Source: Ginkgo biloba (Eukaryota > Plantae > Ginkgophyta). Taken from it: a DNA stretch of 23,270 nt. Of the stretch, positions 12,370-23,270 are shown in pieces. Within the stretch, counting starts at the first letter, position 1. Every line of letters starts with the position of its first letter. Where the stretch lies: NCBI GenBank assembly GCA_024626585.2, contig JANKJI020000002.1:214828075-214851344 (forward strand), read 5' to 3'. The position numbers and the translations under genes are program-made. The notes under the pieces were generated by a model. It was not told where the DNA came from. It made no database searches and saw only the letters and a list, made by a program, of their open reading frames with translations.

Positions 12370-14030
12370 TTTTTTGATAATCCATCTAAGTGGATGTTTT
12401 TGTTCTGTCAAATGTGAGTAATTTGAAGGTTCTCAAAATTATTGGCTAGAATGAGACACTCCTTTAAAACAATCTTAAGTATATCATGGCAAAGAATTGG
12501 TTCTCATCCTATATATTTATATACCAAAAATGTATCCCCTTAAATAATAATATTATTGACTCCTTCTTTCGTTGTTAGCTTGAGCCCTCTTGACAAGGCT
12601 CTAAATTTAGCTTCATAATTGGAGACTCTTCCTAAGCGTTCTCCATAGAAAAAGGATTTTACTTGGTGCCATCTACAAATCACTCCTTTTTCTCCCACCC
12701 TTTTAGGATTTTTATGTGAGGATATATCAAATATAAGCCTAAAAAATCCTTATGCAATATCTTCTAGTGCCTTTTCTACTGACCAAATATGGAGGAATAA
12801 TTCTATCTTTTTAATTTGAATAGTGCCTAAATACCAAATATAGTGCATAGAAAAATGTTTCCATTGGAGTAATTTCCCTAAACTTCCTTCCAACTTAAGA
12901 GTGTAGACAACAAAAAATCCCTAGGGATTTCTCTCACTTTCCTCTAGGTAAATTCTATATATGGAACCCCTTTAGAAAATATCACCTCATTCCTAGCTAA
13001 CCACAATACTCCAAACACCACTTGAGGTAAGATTCTCTAAACTAATTTATAAAATAACTTACCTTTTAGGTTGAAAGGATATTTACCATCCTAATTAGTC
13101 ATGATATAAATTACATTATAGATTGACCAAAAAATATGAGCGTCCACTACCATCTCATGGGAAACCAACAACCATACCTTCCTAAAAAATCACATTAAAT
13201 AAATAGGTGCTTTATCAACTCTCCATCCTTATTGCATATCATATAAATCAATGTTCAATTCCATCCCTTTTTAATTAAATTATCATGCATAAGAAATATC
13301 CTATGTAACAACATCCAAAAAATATATGCAATCCTTGGTTGTAGTTGTAGAAGGAAAATTTTGTACCATATCTTATTATTATATTTAGCTTCAACTAGCT
13401 TCAAGTAGAGTGCATACGAACCCAATTTTACTTTGAGTATAGCCAATTTACTACCAAACTTCTAAACTATTCTAATAGTTTTCTTAGAAATGAGAATATA
13501 ATTTTCCCATAATTCCTTTATGAGGTCCTTATAACTGTTTGACAAAACCTTATTTAGAAAGTTCTTATTACTGGATTTTTTTCCAAATAAGCTCATTGTA
13601 TCATACCACCTTTGTGTGCATAATAAATTCATCCATATTTATAACATTATTATGAGTTAATACTTCACTTAATTTGTCATATTTGGGTACTCACAAAAGT
13701 ACTATACCTCTCCACAAAATGTGGTCCCATAAATGAACACTTTCATCCCTTCGTACTTCCCAACTCTCTCTCCTCTATATTATTCTCTCTAACCTTCGAT
13801 AACTCTTATATTTAAATTATTAAATATACTAACTTTTTCTAACTTCTTAACCTTCCAAAACTTCTTTAGTTTTCATCTTCCTCTTTTTGTTGGACCTTTC
13901 TTTGTCTAGTGCTCTCAGGAAAAACATTAGTGGATATATATTACCAATTGGATATTTTTTTAAAATTTGCTTAAAAAATAAATAAGCTAATGGGAAAAAA
14001 ATAAATAAAAATATTAACCAATGTTTTATA
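12370..14030 (-). mobile_element. 3' half of a degenerate L1-clade LINE ORF2 (zf-RVT region plus C-terminal RNase H)
   Basis: ORF 13255-13446 reads KIW...LQPRIAYIFWMLLHRIFLMHDNLIKKGW (zf-RVT). It is followed by ICNKDGELIKHLFI*CDF and WLARNEVIF (~13005-12980), then RNase H motifs at ~12745-12372. Confidence 0.85.
12372..12745 (-). pseudogene. RNase H domain of the minus-strand LINE
   Basis: FRLIFDISSHKNPKRVGEKGVI / LGRVSNYEAKFRALSRGLKL / NIII*GDTFLV / QITHI*QNKNIHLDGLSK match the plant LINE RNase H pattern (FDGASKGNPG, TNNxAE, IEGDS, HIxRExNxxADxL). Confidence 0.8.
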
Positions 14031-14140
14031 CTATTTTTGGNNNNNNNNNNNNNNNNNNNNNNNNNNNNNNNNNNNNNNNNNNNNNNNNNNNNNNNNNNNN
14101 NNNNNNNNNNNNNNNNNNNNNNNNNNNNNNNNNNNNNNNN

Positions 14141-15385
14141 GAACTGTGATAGGAGAATAGAGACATGAAGACCTCCCTTTAAAATTAAATAAAAAAAAAG
14201 AGAGGGGGTACCCATGGAATGGGGCGTGTGTGGTAACAGGAATAACAGATCCAAAAGAAAATTCCCTTCGACAAGCCAAGGCACAATGTGGTGATACAAG
14301 AAGTGGATGATAGGATGAAAGTGAAAGATAAATTTGAAAAGAAAAATACTGGAAGAAAGAGAGATAAGATGGAACATATCTAGGAGGATAATTTGGATTT
14401 TTTTCTAAAGAATTGGAGACCAATCGGATGGCCAGTGAAGTAACTATCATAGGAGATCTTAGCAGGATAATCAATGGGAAGTCTTTTAGTCATCATGAGA
14501 TAGGTAGGATTACTAGTCTATAAGTGACTAGTATAGCCCTAAGTTAAGATAGAGATGAGAGAGATCCTAATCATCATGTGACTGGTATGGTTCCTAGTCA
14601 GAAAGAAACTGGTATAATTTTTAAGATGTGGTGGAAGATCCTCTAGCGAAATTGGCCAAAGACGTTAAAACTCGAAGACATGCAGGGCTTTCGTTGCCAA
14701 TCTGTACTAGACCTGATCATATCAAAAAATAATCTCAGTCTGCACCTTCTAAGGAATCGATGCGCAGATCAAAGGACCACCTGAAAGTCAAAGAGGATTC
14801 ACCGTTAGTCCCTTTATCATCTCTAAATTTTGGTAAGGAAGGGAACGCTCAGAAGCTCATCGCAATCCTGAGAAAGCCTTCTCCAAAGTCTCAGCATCAG
14901 GTTTCACCATAAACCCTTTTGACTGACAAGGGATTCTCACTAGGAATTCAGAGTGAGAAGTTTGACCACCCTACTCAGGAGGAGGGGATGATTCCCATAG
15001 AGACAGGATTCTTTCAGAACCAGGGGGGGTAAATAAATAGCGGGAGATTTGATGGATAATCTAGCTAGGGAGAAGCCTGAGCCAGGGACTAGGAATTTTC
15101 CAGAATCTTCGGATGGGGAAACTGATGTAACTCCTTACCTGTTGCTAAACCAACAAGGAACTCCAAGTTAAATTGAGAAAAATAAAATTAAAATCAGACC
15201 TTGTCAAAGGAGAGCATATGCAAGCCTGCTTGGATGTTGGCAAGGTAGCCCTAAAAAGACCAGGAAGACCCTCGCTCAAACAAAAAGGGGAGACAAAAAT
15301 AAAGCTAGGGTTTGAGGAGGGGATGCCTTGGAAATTTTTGGATAGTTATAGAATCAGAGTTGAATCCAACGCTGATTCTAAATGA
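14141..15385 (+). pseudogene. LINE ORF1 remnant (DUF4283/RRM-like region plus zinc knuckle)
   Basis: DGTYLGG*FGF..LKNWRP (~14368-14422, cf. GPYxxGxxGLxxKxWxP). WPKTLKLEDMQGFRCQ/CTRPDHIKK (~14653-14730, cf. LDYExxPFRCxxCxxxGH, frameshifted). Basic C-terminus KRPGRPS in ORF 15173-15385. Confidence 0.65.
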
Positions 15386-16075
15386 AGATTATCTGTTGGA
15401 ATTTAAGAGGTTTGGGTTCACCTGGGAAAAAAGAGCTCTAAAAAGATTGGTAGTCGCAGAGAATCCATATTTGGTTTTCCTTCAAGTAATCAAAATGAAT
15501 GAAATAGATATAGAGGAATTGGTATGGAGAAGATTATAAGATTATGGTGTTTAGGCAATAGGAGCAGAAGACTCTAAAGGAGGCTTGGAAACCCTGTGGA
15601 AATTAGCCTTCTTCAATGCCTTGGTTCAAGACGTGCAAATATTGGTTGACCCTTAAAATTGAGAGCTCAGTAGAGAACAAGGTGTACTGGATCTCCAACA
15701 TTTATGGGCCTTCAATAAGCAGGGATAAAGAGAGAGTGTGGGACCTTTGTTGGGATAAGGCGAGATTGGTCAAACCAGAGAATTGGTTAATAGGTGGAGA
15801 CTTGAATATCACCCTATCTAGGGAGGAAAAAAAAGGCTGCGTTTGGATGGAGCACCCAGCTTTGATCATGGTTAACTCATGCATGCTTAGTTTTGGTCTA
15901 GTAGATATCAAGCCAAAATCGGGCTCTTTCACTTGGTCGAATAGAAGGTTAGGATCAAGCTTTGTGGCAGAGTGCCTAGACAGATTTTTGGTGAGTATGG
16001 ATTGGATCTCTCCTTTTCAGGTTGCGAATCCAGAATCTTGGCAAATGGAGTGTCAGATCATAGACCGGTTAGCTT
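15382..16075 (+). pseudogene. LINE ORF2 APE-type endonuclease domain
   Basis: ATG at 15382 begins MKIICWNLRGLGSPGK. Later motifs are LVFLQ, NIYGP, WLIGGDLN, FTWSNRR, LDRFL and SDHRP, spread over several frames. Confidence 0.95.
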
Positions 16076-16930
16076 NNNNNNNNNNNNNNNNNNNNNNNNN
16101 NNNNNNNNNNNNNNNNNNNNNNNNNNNNNNNNNNNNNNNNNNNNNNNNNNNNNNNNNNNNNNNNNNNNNNNNNNNNNNNNNNNNNNNNNNNNNNNNNNNN
16201 NNNNNNNNNNNNNNNNNNNNNNNNNNNNNNNNNNNNNNNNNNNNNNNNNNNNNNNNNNNNNNNNNNNNNNNNNNNNNNNNNNNNNNNNNNNNNNNNNNNN
16301 NNNNNNNNNNNNNNNNNNNNNNNNNNNNNNNNNNNNNNNNNNNNNNNNNNNNNNNNNNNNNNNNNNNNNNNNNNNNNNNNNNNNNNNNNNNNNNNNNNNN
16401 NNNNNNNNNNNNNNNNNNNNNNNNNNNNNNNNNNNNNNNNNNNNNNNNNNNNNNNNNNNNNNNNNNNNNNNNNNNNNNNNNNNNNNNNNNNNNNNNNNNN
16501 NNNNNNNNNNNNNNNNNNNNNNNNNNNNNNNNNNNNNNNNNNNNNNNNNNNNNNNNNNNNNNNNNNNNNNNNNNNNNNNNNNNNNNNNNNNNNNNNNNNN
16601 NNNNNNNNNNNNNNNNNNNNNNNNNNNNNNNNNNNNNNNNNNNNNNNNNNNNNNNNNNNNNNNNNNNNNNNNNNNNNNNNNNNNNNNNNNNNNNNNNNNN
16701 NNNNNNNNNNNNNNNNNNNNNNNNNNNNNNNNNNNNNNNNNNNNNNNNNNNNNNNNNNNNNNNNNNNNNNNNNNNNNNNNNNNNNNNNNNNNNNNNNNNN
16801 NNNNNNNNNNNNNNNNNNNNNNNNNNNNNNNNNNNNNNNNNNNNNNNNNNNNNNNNNNNNNNNNNNNNNNNNNNNNNNNNNNNNNNNNNNNNNNNNNNNN
16901 NNNNNNNNNNNNNNNNNNNNNNNNNNNNNN

Positions 16931-17940
16931 TCTATCAAAGGTTGTCGGGTTTTTTTCCTTTAGGATCAGTGCTATGTATGTTACAAAATCATACATTACT
17001 AAGATTCCTCACAGTAATATATGTTCAAGAGGCTACCCAAAGTTAATTTCAGAATAGCAAGGAGGTTTTGTTCTAGGCAAGCTAATAGCATACAACGTTG
17101 TCTTGGTTCAAGAGGCTCTCCATTCGGCAAAAGTCAAAAGTGAAAAAATGATGCTCATCAAGCTTGAAATGGCCCAAGCCTATGATTCACTGGACCTAAA
17201 ATTCCTACTGAAGATGTTAGAATGGTTTGGATTCTATGAGGATTGGAGGAGATGGGTGGAAGGGTGCATATCAAACCCGTCTTTCATAGTGTTAGTAAAT
17301 GGAAGCCTAGTCAATTTTTTCAAAAGTAGTAGGGGCTTAAGAAAGTGCCACCCCTTATCACCAGGTATTTTCATTCTGGCAGTCGAAGCTCTTGGGAGTC
17401 TCCTAGGGAGTAAGGCTAAGAGGGGGATCTTGGTAGGGGTAGAAGTGACATCAAATTGCAAATGGATCTCACACGTCCAATTTGTAAATGATACATTATT
17501 ACTTGGTAAAGCTTCCATTGATAATGCCAAAATTTTTAAAGAGGCCTTGAGGACCTTCTTAAGGGATTTTGGAGGTATGATAAATGAGAAGAAAATCTTG
17601 GTATATATGCTAAATGGCTTTGGTATACTACACAACAAATTGTGCAGGTTATTAGGGTTTCAACGAGGTAATTTTGAAAACTCGATGAATTACCTTGGAG
17701 CCCCCCTGTCTCCTTCATTACTGAGAAGGAAGGATTGGTCTCCCCTACTGCATAAGTTCAAAAGAAATATTGAGGGTTGGTCCATAGTTTGGTTGACTAT
17801 GGCAGGGAAAGTAACCCTAATTAAATTAGTGCTTGCTTCTTTTCCAATCTTTCTTCATTCCTTTATGGCTTCCCTAAAAGGAGTGATAGAGAATTTCAAG
17901 AAAATCATGAGATCCTTTCTATGGAAGGGTGGTAAAGAGA
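16931..17940 (+). pseudogene. LINE ORF2 reverse transcriptase domain
   Basis: LISE*QGGFV, IKLEMAQAYD, SRGLRKCHPLSP, HVQFVNDTLL (YADD box mutated to FVND, 17481-17492), YLGAPL, AGKVTLIK and FLWKG in ORF 17103 onward. Confidence 0.97.
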
Positions 17941-18655
17941 NNNNNNNNNNNNNNNNNNNNNNNNNNNNNNNNNNNNNNNNNNNNNNNNNNNNNNNNNNNN
18001 NNNNNNNNNNNNNNNNNNNNNNNNNNNNNNNNNNNNNNNNNNNNNNNNNNNNNNNNNNNNNNNNNNNNNNNNNNNNNNNNNNNNNNNNNNNNNNNNNNNN
18101 NNNNNNNNNNNNNNNNNNNNNNNNNNNNNNNNNNNNNNNNNNNNNNNNNNNNNNNNNNNNNNNNNNNNNNNNNNNNNNNNNNNNNNNNNNNNNNNNNNNN
18201 NNNNNNNNNNNNNNNNNNNNNNNNNNNNNNNNNNNNNNNNNNNNNNNNNNNNNNNNNNNNNNNNNNNNNNNNNNNNNNNNNNNNNNNNNNNNNNNNNNNN
18301 NNNNNNNNNNNNNNNNNNNNNNNNNNNNNNNNNNNNNNNNNNNNNNNNNNNNNNNNNNNNNNNNNNNNNNNNNNNNNNNNNNNNNNNNNNNNNNNNNNNN
18401 NNNNNNNNNNNNNNNNNNNNNNNNNNNNNNNNNNNNNNNNNNNNNNNNNNNNNNNNNNNNNNNNNNNNNNNNNNNNNNNNNNNNNNNNNNNNNNNNNNNN
18501 NNNNNNNNNNNNNNNNNNNNNNNNNNNNNNNNNNNNNNNNNNNNNNNNNNNNNNNNNNNNNNNNNNNNNNNNNNNNNNNNNNNNNNNNNNNNNNNNNNNN
18601 NNNNNNNNNNNNNNNNNNNNNNNNNNNNNNNNNNNNNNNNNNNNNNNNNNNNNNN

Positions 18656-19729
18656 CTAAGGTAAATAATTTTGTGTGGTTCACCTTCCATAATTTGGTTC
18701 TCACAAGCAATAACCTAAAAAGAAGAGGCTTCTTAGGTCTCTCTTGTTATGTCCTATATGAAATTAGTTTCCCATTTATTCCAAGAGTGTAGTTTCAGTA
18801 GGGAAGTCTGGAAAGAGGATTTCTCCTTATTAGGTGGTCAGTGGGAGGTATGTTTCTAAAGAACACATATTGAAAATGTGTTGGTGGAGTGGACTAGGTG
18901 GGCTAAGTTTAAGAGTCAGAAGGAGCAAAGGGATATCCATTTATCTAAATTAAGGTTTTTCTTTCACAAATTCATTATGTGGTCCCTTTGGATGGAATGC
19001 AATAAGGTCATATTTCACAATCAAAGACCCTCACTTATTAGGGTGTTAAGAAGAGACAAAAACCTAGCAAAGGAATGTACCTCATTGGTAAAATAAAAGG
19101 AGGAGATAATGAGTATAGATCCCAATCAACGCAGGTTATCTCGGGGTAAGTTGCACTCTAACTTCCAAGAGAAGCAAAGAGATTTGGAGGAGGCAAGCAA
19201 GGATTCAAATATCTTTAAAATTCATGTTAATAGAAATGAAATTGTTATATTCTTTGATGGAGCCTCGAAGAACAACCCAGGGTAGGCAGGTTTGGGAAGT
19301 CTCATTCTTATCTTGGGCACAAACAATAAGATTACCTTCTGGGAAGGGATAGGAATCTCCTCAAATAATGTTGTGGAATCCAAAGCTCTTAAACTAGGCC
19401 TGAGGATCTTGATGAAAAGGGGAGTTTGGAGAGTCAAAATATTTGGAGACTCCCAATTAATAGTGAAATTAGTACACTTAAATTAGACCTACAATAATCC
19501 AAATTTAATAGGGATAATCAAAGATATAAGGTGTTATCTTTAGTTCTTTGAGGTTTGGGAGATGGATTACTTGATAAGGAAATAGAATGTGTGGGTGGAT
19601 GCCTTGGTAAAGTTTAGAGCAGAGAGGGGGAGTGGCAGTTCAGGAATAACATATGACCCTCTCAGCTTAAAAGACCAAACTCTGTGTCTAGCATTTCCTA
19701 AGATCATTAGAAGGGAAGAACAAGACTAG
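18656..19729 (+). pseudogene. LINE ORF2 C-terminus: zf-RVT region and RNase H domain
   Basis: KVNNFVW...LTSNNLKRRG and WSLWMECNKVIF precede FFDGASKNNPG*AGLG, SSNNVVE, IFGDSQLIV and LIRK*NVWVDAL, the last four in one frame (19241-19606). That frame next stops at TAG 19727-19729. Confidence 0.92.
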
Positions 19730-20139
19730 GACACAATCAAAGTGATAATTAAATGGAGCTTGAATTCAGTGCAGGGACAAGAAGGCTCTGACTCTTCGAG
19801 TTTGGTAAATCATGCAGCTTGCTAATGGTTAGGCGATTCATCTGGGACATAGATTATAGATGGATGTCATGTTTCTGTTGGAAAATTTTATATCTCTATT
19901 AAGGAAAGTACAACTAAAAGTTTGGTTACTATGGTGAACAGAGGACCTTCTATATCAGGGCACCATCAAAGGGTCCTAGATATCCAAACTTATGGGGAAT
20001 TAAAATCTCCGTCTGATTGAATTATGCATTACGTCATACGACAGACTTATCTTCTTGTTGCAGAGGTAGTTAACGCTGAAACAACGTGATTTCAACCTTT
20101 GTATCTTATGTAAAATCAATTTAATAGAATCATTTACTT

Positions 20140-20154
20140 AAAAATAAAAAAAAA
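20140..20154 (+). repeat. LINE poly(A) tail
   Basis: AAAAATAAAAAAAAA lies ~410 nt after the ORF2 end, preceded by an AT-rich TTGTATC...TTAATAGAA stretch. Sequence changes abruptly to gypsy coding sequence right after it. Confidence 0.75.
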
Positions 20155-20845
20155 GATATGGAGAATAATCCAATAAAGAAGATTCTTTTTCCAGGACGAG
20201 TGCAAGCAATTCATACACACAAGAAAGAAAAAGGAGAACCAAGATTCAACTTTGCAGACGAGTTGAAGAATGTCAAAGTTAGCATACCACTTGTTCATGC
20301 AATTCAAGACAATCCAACATATGTAAGGCAAGTAAAAGAATTGTGTGTTCGTTAACCTCGACGCAAGGAAAGAAACCCTAAGGTAATCCAAGTTAAGGGA
20401 GCAATTGTCAACTTGATGTTAGGTAATTGTATCATGCCCAAATATGTAGATCTTGGGAGATCGTTAGTCGACATAGTAATCAATGGTGTCATGATAGAAG
20501 GAGCTTTGGCAGATTCAAGAGCATCCACGAGCGTGATGACGATGTAGACAATGCATAAACTGAATCTAACAAAATTGTTGAAAAGAACCCACACAATACT
20601 TCAACTAGTAGATCGGTTAGTAGCGATACGAGAAGGCATACTAGAAGATACAATAGTCACCATGGCAACGTGGGAGTATCTAGGTGATTTCCTAGTGTTT
20701 AATCCAAAGAAGGAAGGGGGTTATCTGATGATTTTGGGTAGACCATTGTTGGCTACAATAAATACTAAACTAGGAATGAGATTCAGAGAATTAAAAATTG
20801 CTCGTGGTTCTAAACAAAAGTATTTATCTATGTACCCACCTGCCA
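20155..20845 (+). pseudogene. Ty3/gypsy (Athila-like, non-chromovirus) gag C-terminus and aspartic protease remnant
   Basis: One reading frame with two stops: LFPGRV...ELKNVKVSIPLVHAIQDNPTYVRQVKELC...PKYVDLG...ALADSRASTSVM (catalytic D at 20512)...LQLVDR...GILED...DFLV...ILGRPLLAT. Confidence 0.9.
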
Positions 20846-21019
20846 NNNNNNNNNNNNNNNNNNNNNNNNNNNNNNNNNNNNNNNNNNNNNNNNNNNNNNN
20901 NNNNNNNNNNNNNNNNNNNNNNNNNNNNNNNNNNNNNNNNNNNNNCAATGATCCTCCTCCTTATATAATAACACTTACACAAGGAAAAATTGTATCTCTC
21001 TCCCTATAGTACCACCCAT

Positions 21020-21950
21020 AGGGATCATCAATTCTCCTCATCCTATTATGACATCTTCTATAATAGGCGCCTATGCCTCTCCTACTACATATAACTTTGG
21101 TACTTGTACATATGAGTCCCAAGCTATCTCAACACATAGATTTATGATCTATGTATTATCCCTTAAAGCTATAAAATCCACCTGGACTCCTCCCTTCCTC
21201 TTATAATATGGATGATAAGGAAAATATATAACCATCATCCTCCACCTCATAATTATAGGGTCATACCTTCACAAAAGAATTGGTGCAAATATGAATGGTT
21301 GAAAAGAATAAAAGTGTTCAAATAAGAAAACCTATAATATATAACTATAGTTGATCAATATATGCCCTCTATGATGTATATAGTCTAGCTATCTAATCAA
21401 AATATCTAATACATAATGGGCCCATTCAAATTATGCTCTCTCAATACATCTCTTAATCACTCAGAGATATGAATAATGGATCCTACAAAAGTTTTGACTG
21501 TGGGATATATGGTAAACTATTATATCTACAATAAGCCTTTGAATGAGTGAAACTTCATCCATTAAAAATGCTAAGATACACACTCTACGAGGGATTAGAA
21601 GACTTAATTGGCACCTCCATTCTAAATATCGAACTACATATAGACATAAAACCCATACACCAACTAGATATACTAGCTCTCTAATATATCTCAACCCAAG
21701 AATCATATATACATCTAATTTGGTGATCATCATATCACCAAATACAACAAGTTTAAAAATATATGACTCTTAATCCTAGTACCCACTAGATTCTTAATTA
21801 ACTCCTCATCATAGTTGAGTAGTGAGGTCCTATGGACCCTCCATAAATCAATGGTGGTGTTGATTGACCCAGTAACTCCCTCATAACTAGGCCATCATTC
21901 ACTCTATTCATATATCAATGGAGATCCTATATTCCAATCATGAAAAGGAG
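21020..21950 (-). pseudogene. Highly degenerate Ty3/gypsy integrase core and C-terminal remnant
   Basis: Ordered minus-strand motifs: W..RISID (~21935-21912, cf. WExISMDF), VVR..xVP (~21635-21608, cf. IVRLHGVP), YIPQS (~21510-21496, cf. YHPQTDG), LRDVLR (cf. LEDMLR) and YQSYM**ERHRRLL (~21102-21060, cf. QKSYADRRRRPL). Confidence 0.5.
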
Positions 21951-23270
21951 TCATAATAATATAAAAAATATCATATAAATTATATGAATAGTAAAACTAG
22001 GAAAAGNNNNNNNNNNNNNNNNNNNNNNNNNNNNNNNNNNNNNNNNNNNNNNNNNNNNNNNNNNNNNNNNNNNNNNNNNNNNNNNNNNNNNNNNNNNNNN
22101 NNNNNNCATATCTTTGATGGTCAAATTTCTAGTTATACAACTACAACACATTCCTAGAGAGATCAATATGGGAGATAAGTATTTAGTGAACCTAATTCAT
22201 TAGTATTTCTTGAGATCTTAAAAGTAATAGAGATGATAATTCAACATTTGCTCTTAATTCATAATATATCTACTCTTACCTTCAATGAGTTACTATTAAT
22301 CCAACGGAAAATGTAATACACATTGGGGTTTTTTAGATCACTTTATATAATGAGAGATATATTATGACCCTTAAGATAGTATCACGGGTTATATTAGGAC
22401 TAACAATAAAAAAATTACATATTTAATAACTCATCATATAATTTTTTATCTATAATTAATAAAATAAGCTTCCTAACTCTATTTTCTAGCCTCCTAAGAC
22501 CTTCAAATACTTCATCTCACCCAAATCTAGCTTGCCAACTTTTTCTACCAACAAAATAGCATTCTCATTTATAAAATACTACCACTTACTAAACATACTC
22601 TATTGAGCATCTATACACTTAATTATGTGTAATTAAGTGACTAATATTTGTAACTACATAAAAATAAACAGCATGCATCAATTCAAAAGAAAGAAAAATA
22701 AAAAATAAAATTAGATAGTTAGGCCCATTCTTAATATCTTTGGGGTTGATCCTAACTACCATAACCCAAGCAATTTTATTGGATGAAGTTGTGATGTGTC
22801 TTCCATTATATAGGTCTATGTATAGGCTTGGGCCAACCTAGAACCCTATAAATAAGGCCTAAATTTGATCACTAAAGGGAGGAAAACTAAATCAAAGTTA
22901 TGCCATATGATCAATAAGCCCCTATATCTATTATAATTTTCTTATCATCCATCTCCAATCATTCTCTATCTTCTTTTCCTACTTCATGTCCTTTTTCTAT
23001 CCCAAATCCCATATAGTTATGGTACTAGGATATCTACCTTTATTTAGGATAGAATCTTGATATGGCCCACCATTCCTGATTTAAGAACCATTTATTCTAT
23101 CTAATTCATCCATATGATAGGGAAAAGGCTTGGAAGTCATAAAAATCTATAAGAGGCAAAAACCAATAATTCAAAGTTGAGTGACTCATTATTTTGGACC
23201 TTGTTTGTAGGTTAGCAATAATATTCATTTTATAACAAATATGCACATGGAATTACTATGTTATATTATA

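Larger units (their letters stand above)
14141..20154 (+). mobile_element. Near full-length, inactivated L1-clade LINE retrotransposon with RNase H
   Basis: Colinear ORF1 remnant, endonuclease, RT, zf-RVT, RNase H, 3' UTR and A-rich tail over ~6 kb. It has two internal N gaps, and the 5' end probably lies in the gap at 14041-14140. Confidence 0.93.

Noticed and set aside
14148-14160. GATAGGAGAATA resembles GATATGGAGAATA right after the poly(A) tail (20155-20167), a candidate LINE target-site duplication
   Set aside because: The match needs an indel in purine-rich sequence. The 5' copy also appears to encode the VIG motif near the start of the ORF1 domain, so the element probably extends into the gap.
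15616-18792. Long ORFs of 260-520 aa in the ORF track (also 6076-6756 and 12061-12411)
   Set aside because: Their length comes from N runs translated as X, so they are not evidence of intact genes.
12370-20154. Twin-priming 5' inversion as the explanation for the opposed LINE segments
   Set aside because: Both segments contain their own, divergent zf-RVT and RNase H 3' regions, so they are separate insertions.
22840-22860. CCCTATAAATAAGG TATA-like box, possibly an LTR promoter
   Set aside because: No LTR boundaries, PBS or downstream gene can be identified, and such motifs are common in AT-rich DNA.
1-23270. Prokaryotic-type systems (CRISPR, retron, DGR, defence RT) or a domesticated host gene
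   Set aside because: There are no repeat-spacer arrays, operons or intact ORFs. The RT is a standard non-LTR type with a mutated catalytic box.

Overview
AT-rich, gap-ridden eukaryotic (land-plant, probably large-genome seed-plant such as a gymnosperm) intergenic DNA made of nested, decayed retrotransposons. I find no intact host gene, RNA gene or CRISPR array. The best-preserved element is a near full-length + strand L1-clade LINE (~14141-20154): ORF1 with a zinc knuckle, then ORF2 with endonuclease, RT, zf-RVT and a C-terminal RNase H, a 3' UTR and a poly(A) tail. The tail abuts a Ty3/gypsy gag-protease fragment. Also present are an oppositely oriented LINE 3' half with its own RNase H (12370-14030), a Ty3/gypsy RT-RNase H-integrase relic with a putative PPT/LTR (7088-8636), a minus-strand gag relic (11185-11607), a minus-strand integrase relic (~21020-21950) and very old LINE fragments in the first 3.6 kb. 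All coding remnants carry stops or frameshifts. All calls come from manual translation and motif recognition, and boundaries are approximate. I see no evidence for a new biological system. The notable points are repeated RNase H-bearing LINEs, an ATGA ORF1/ORF2 overlap, the nesting order and a methylation-type decay signature.
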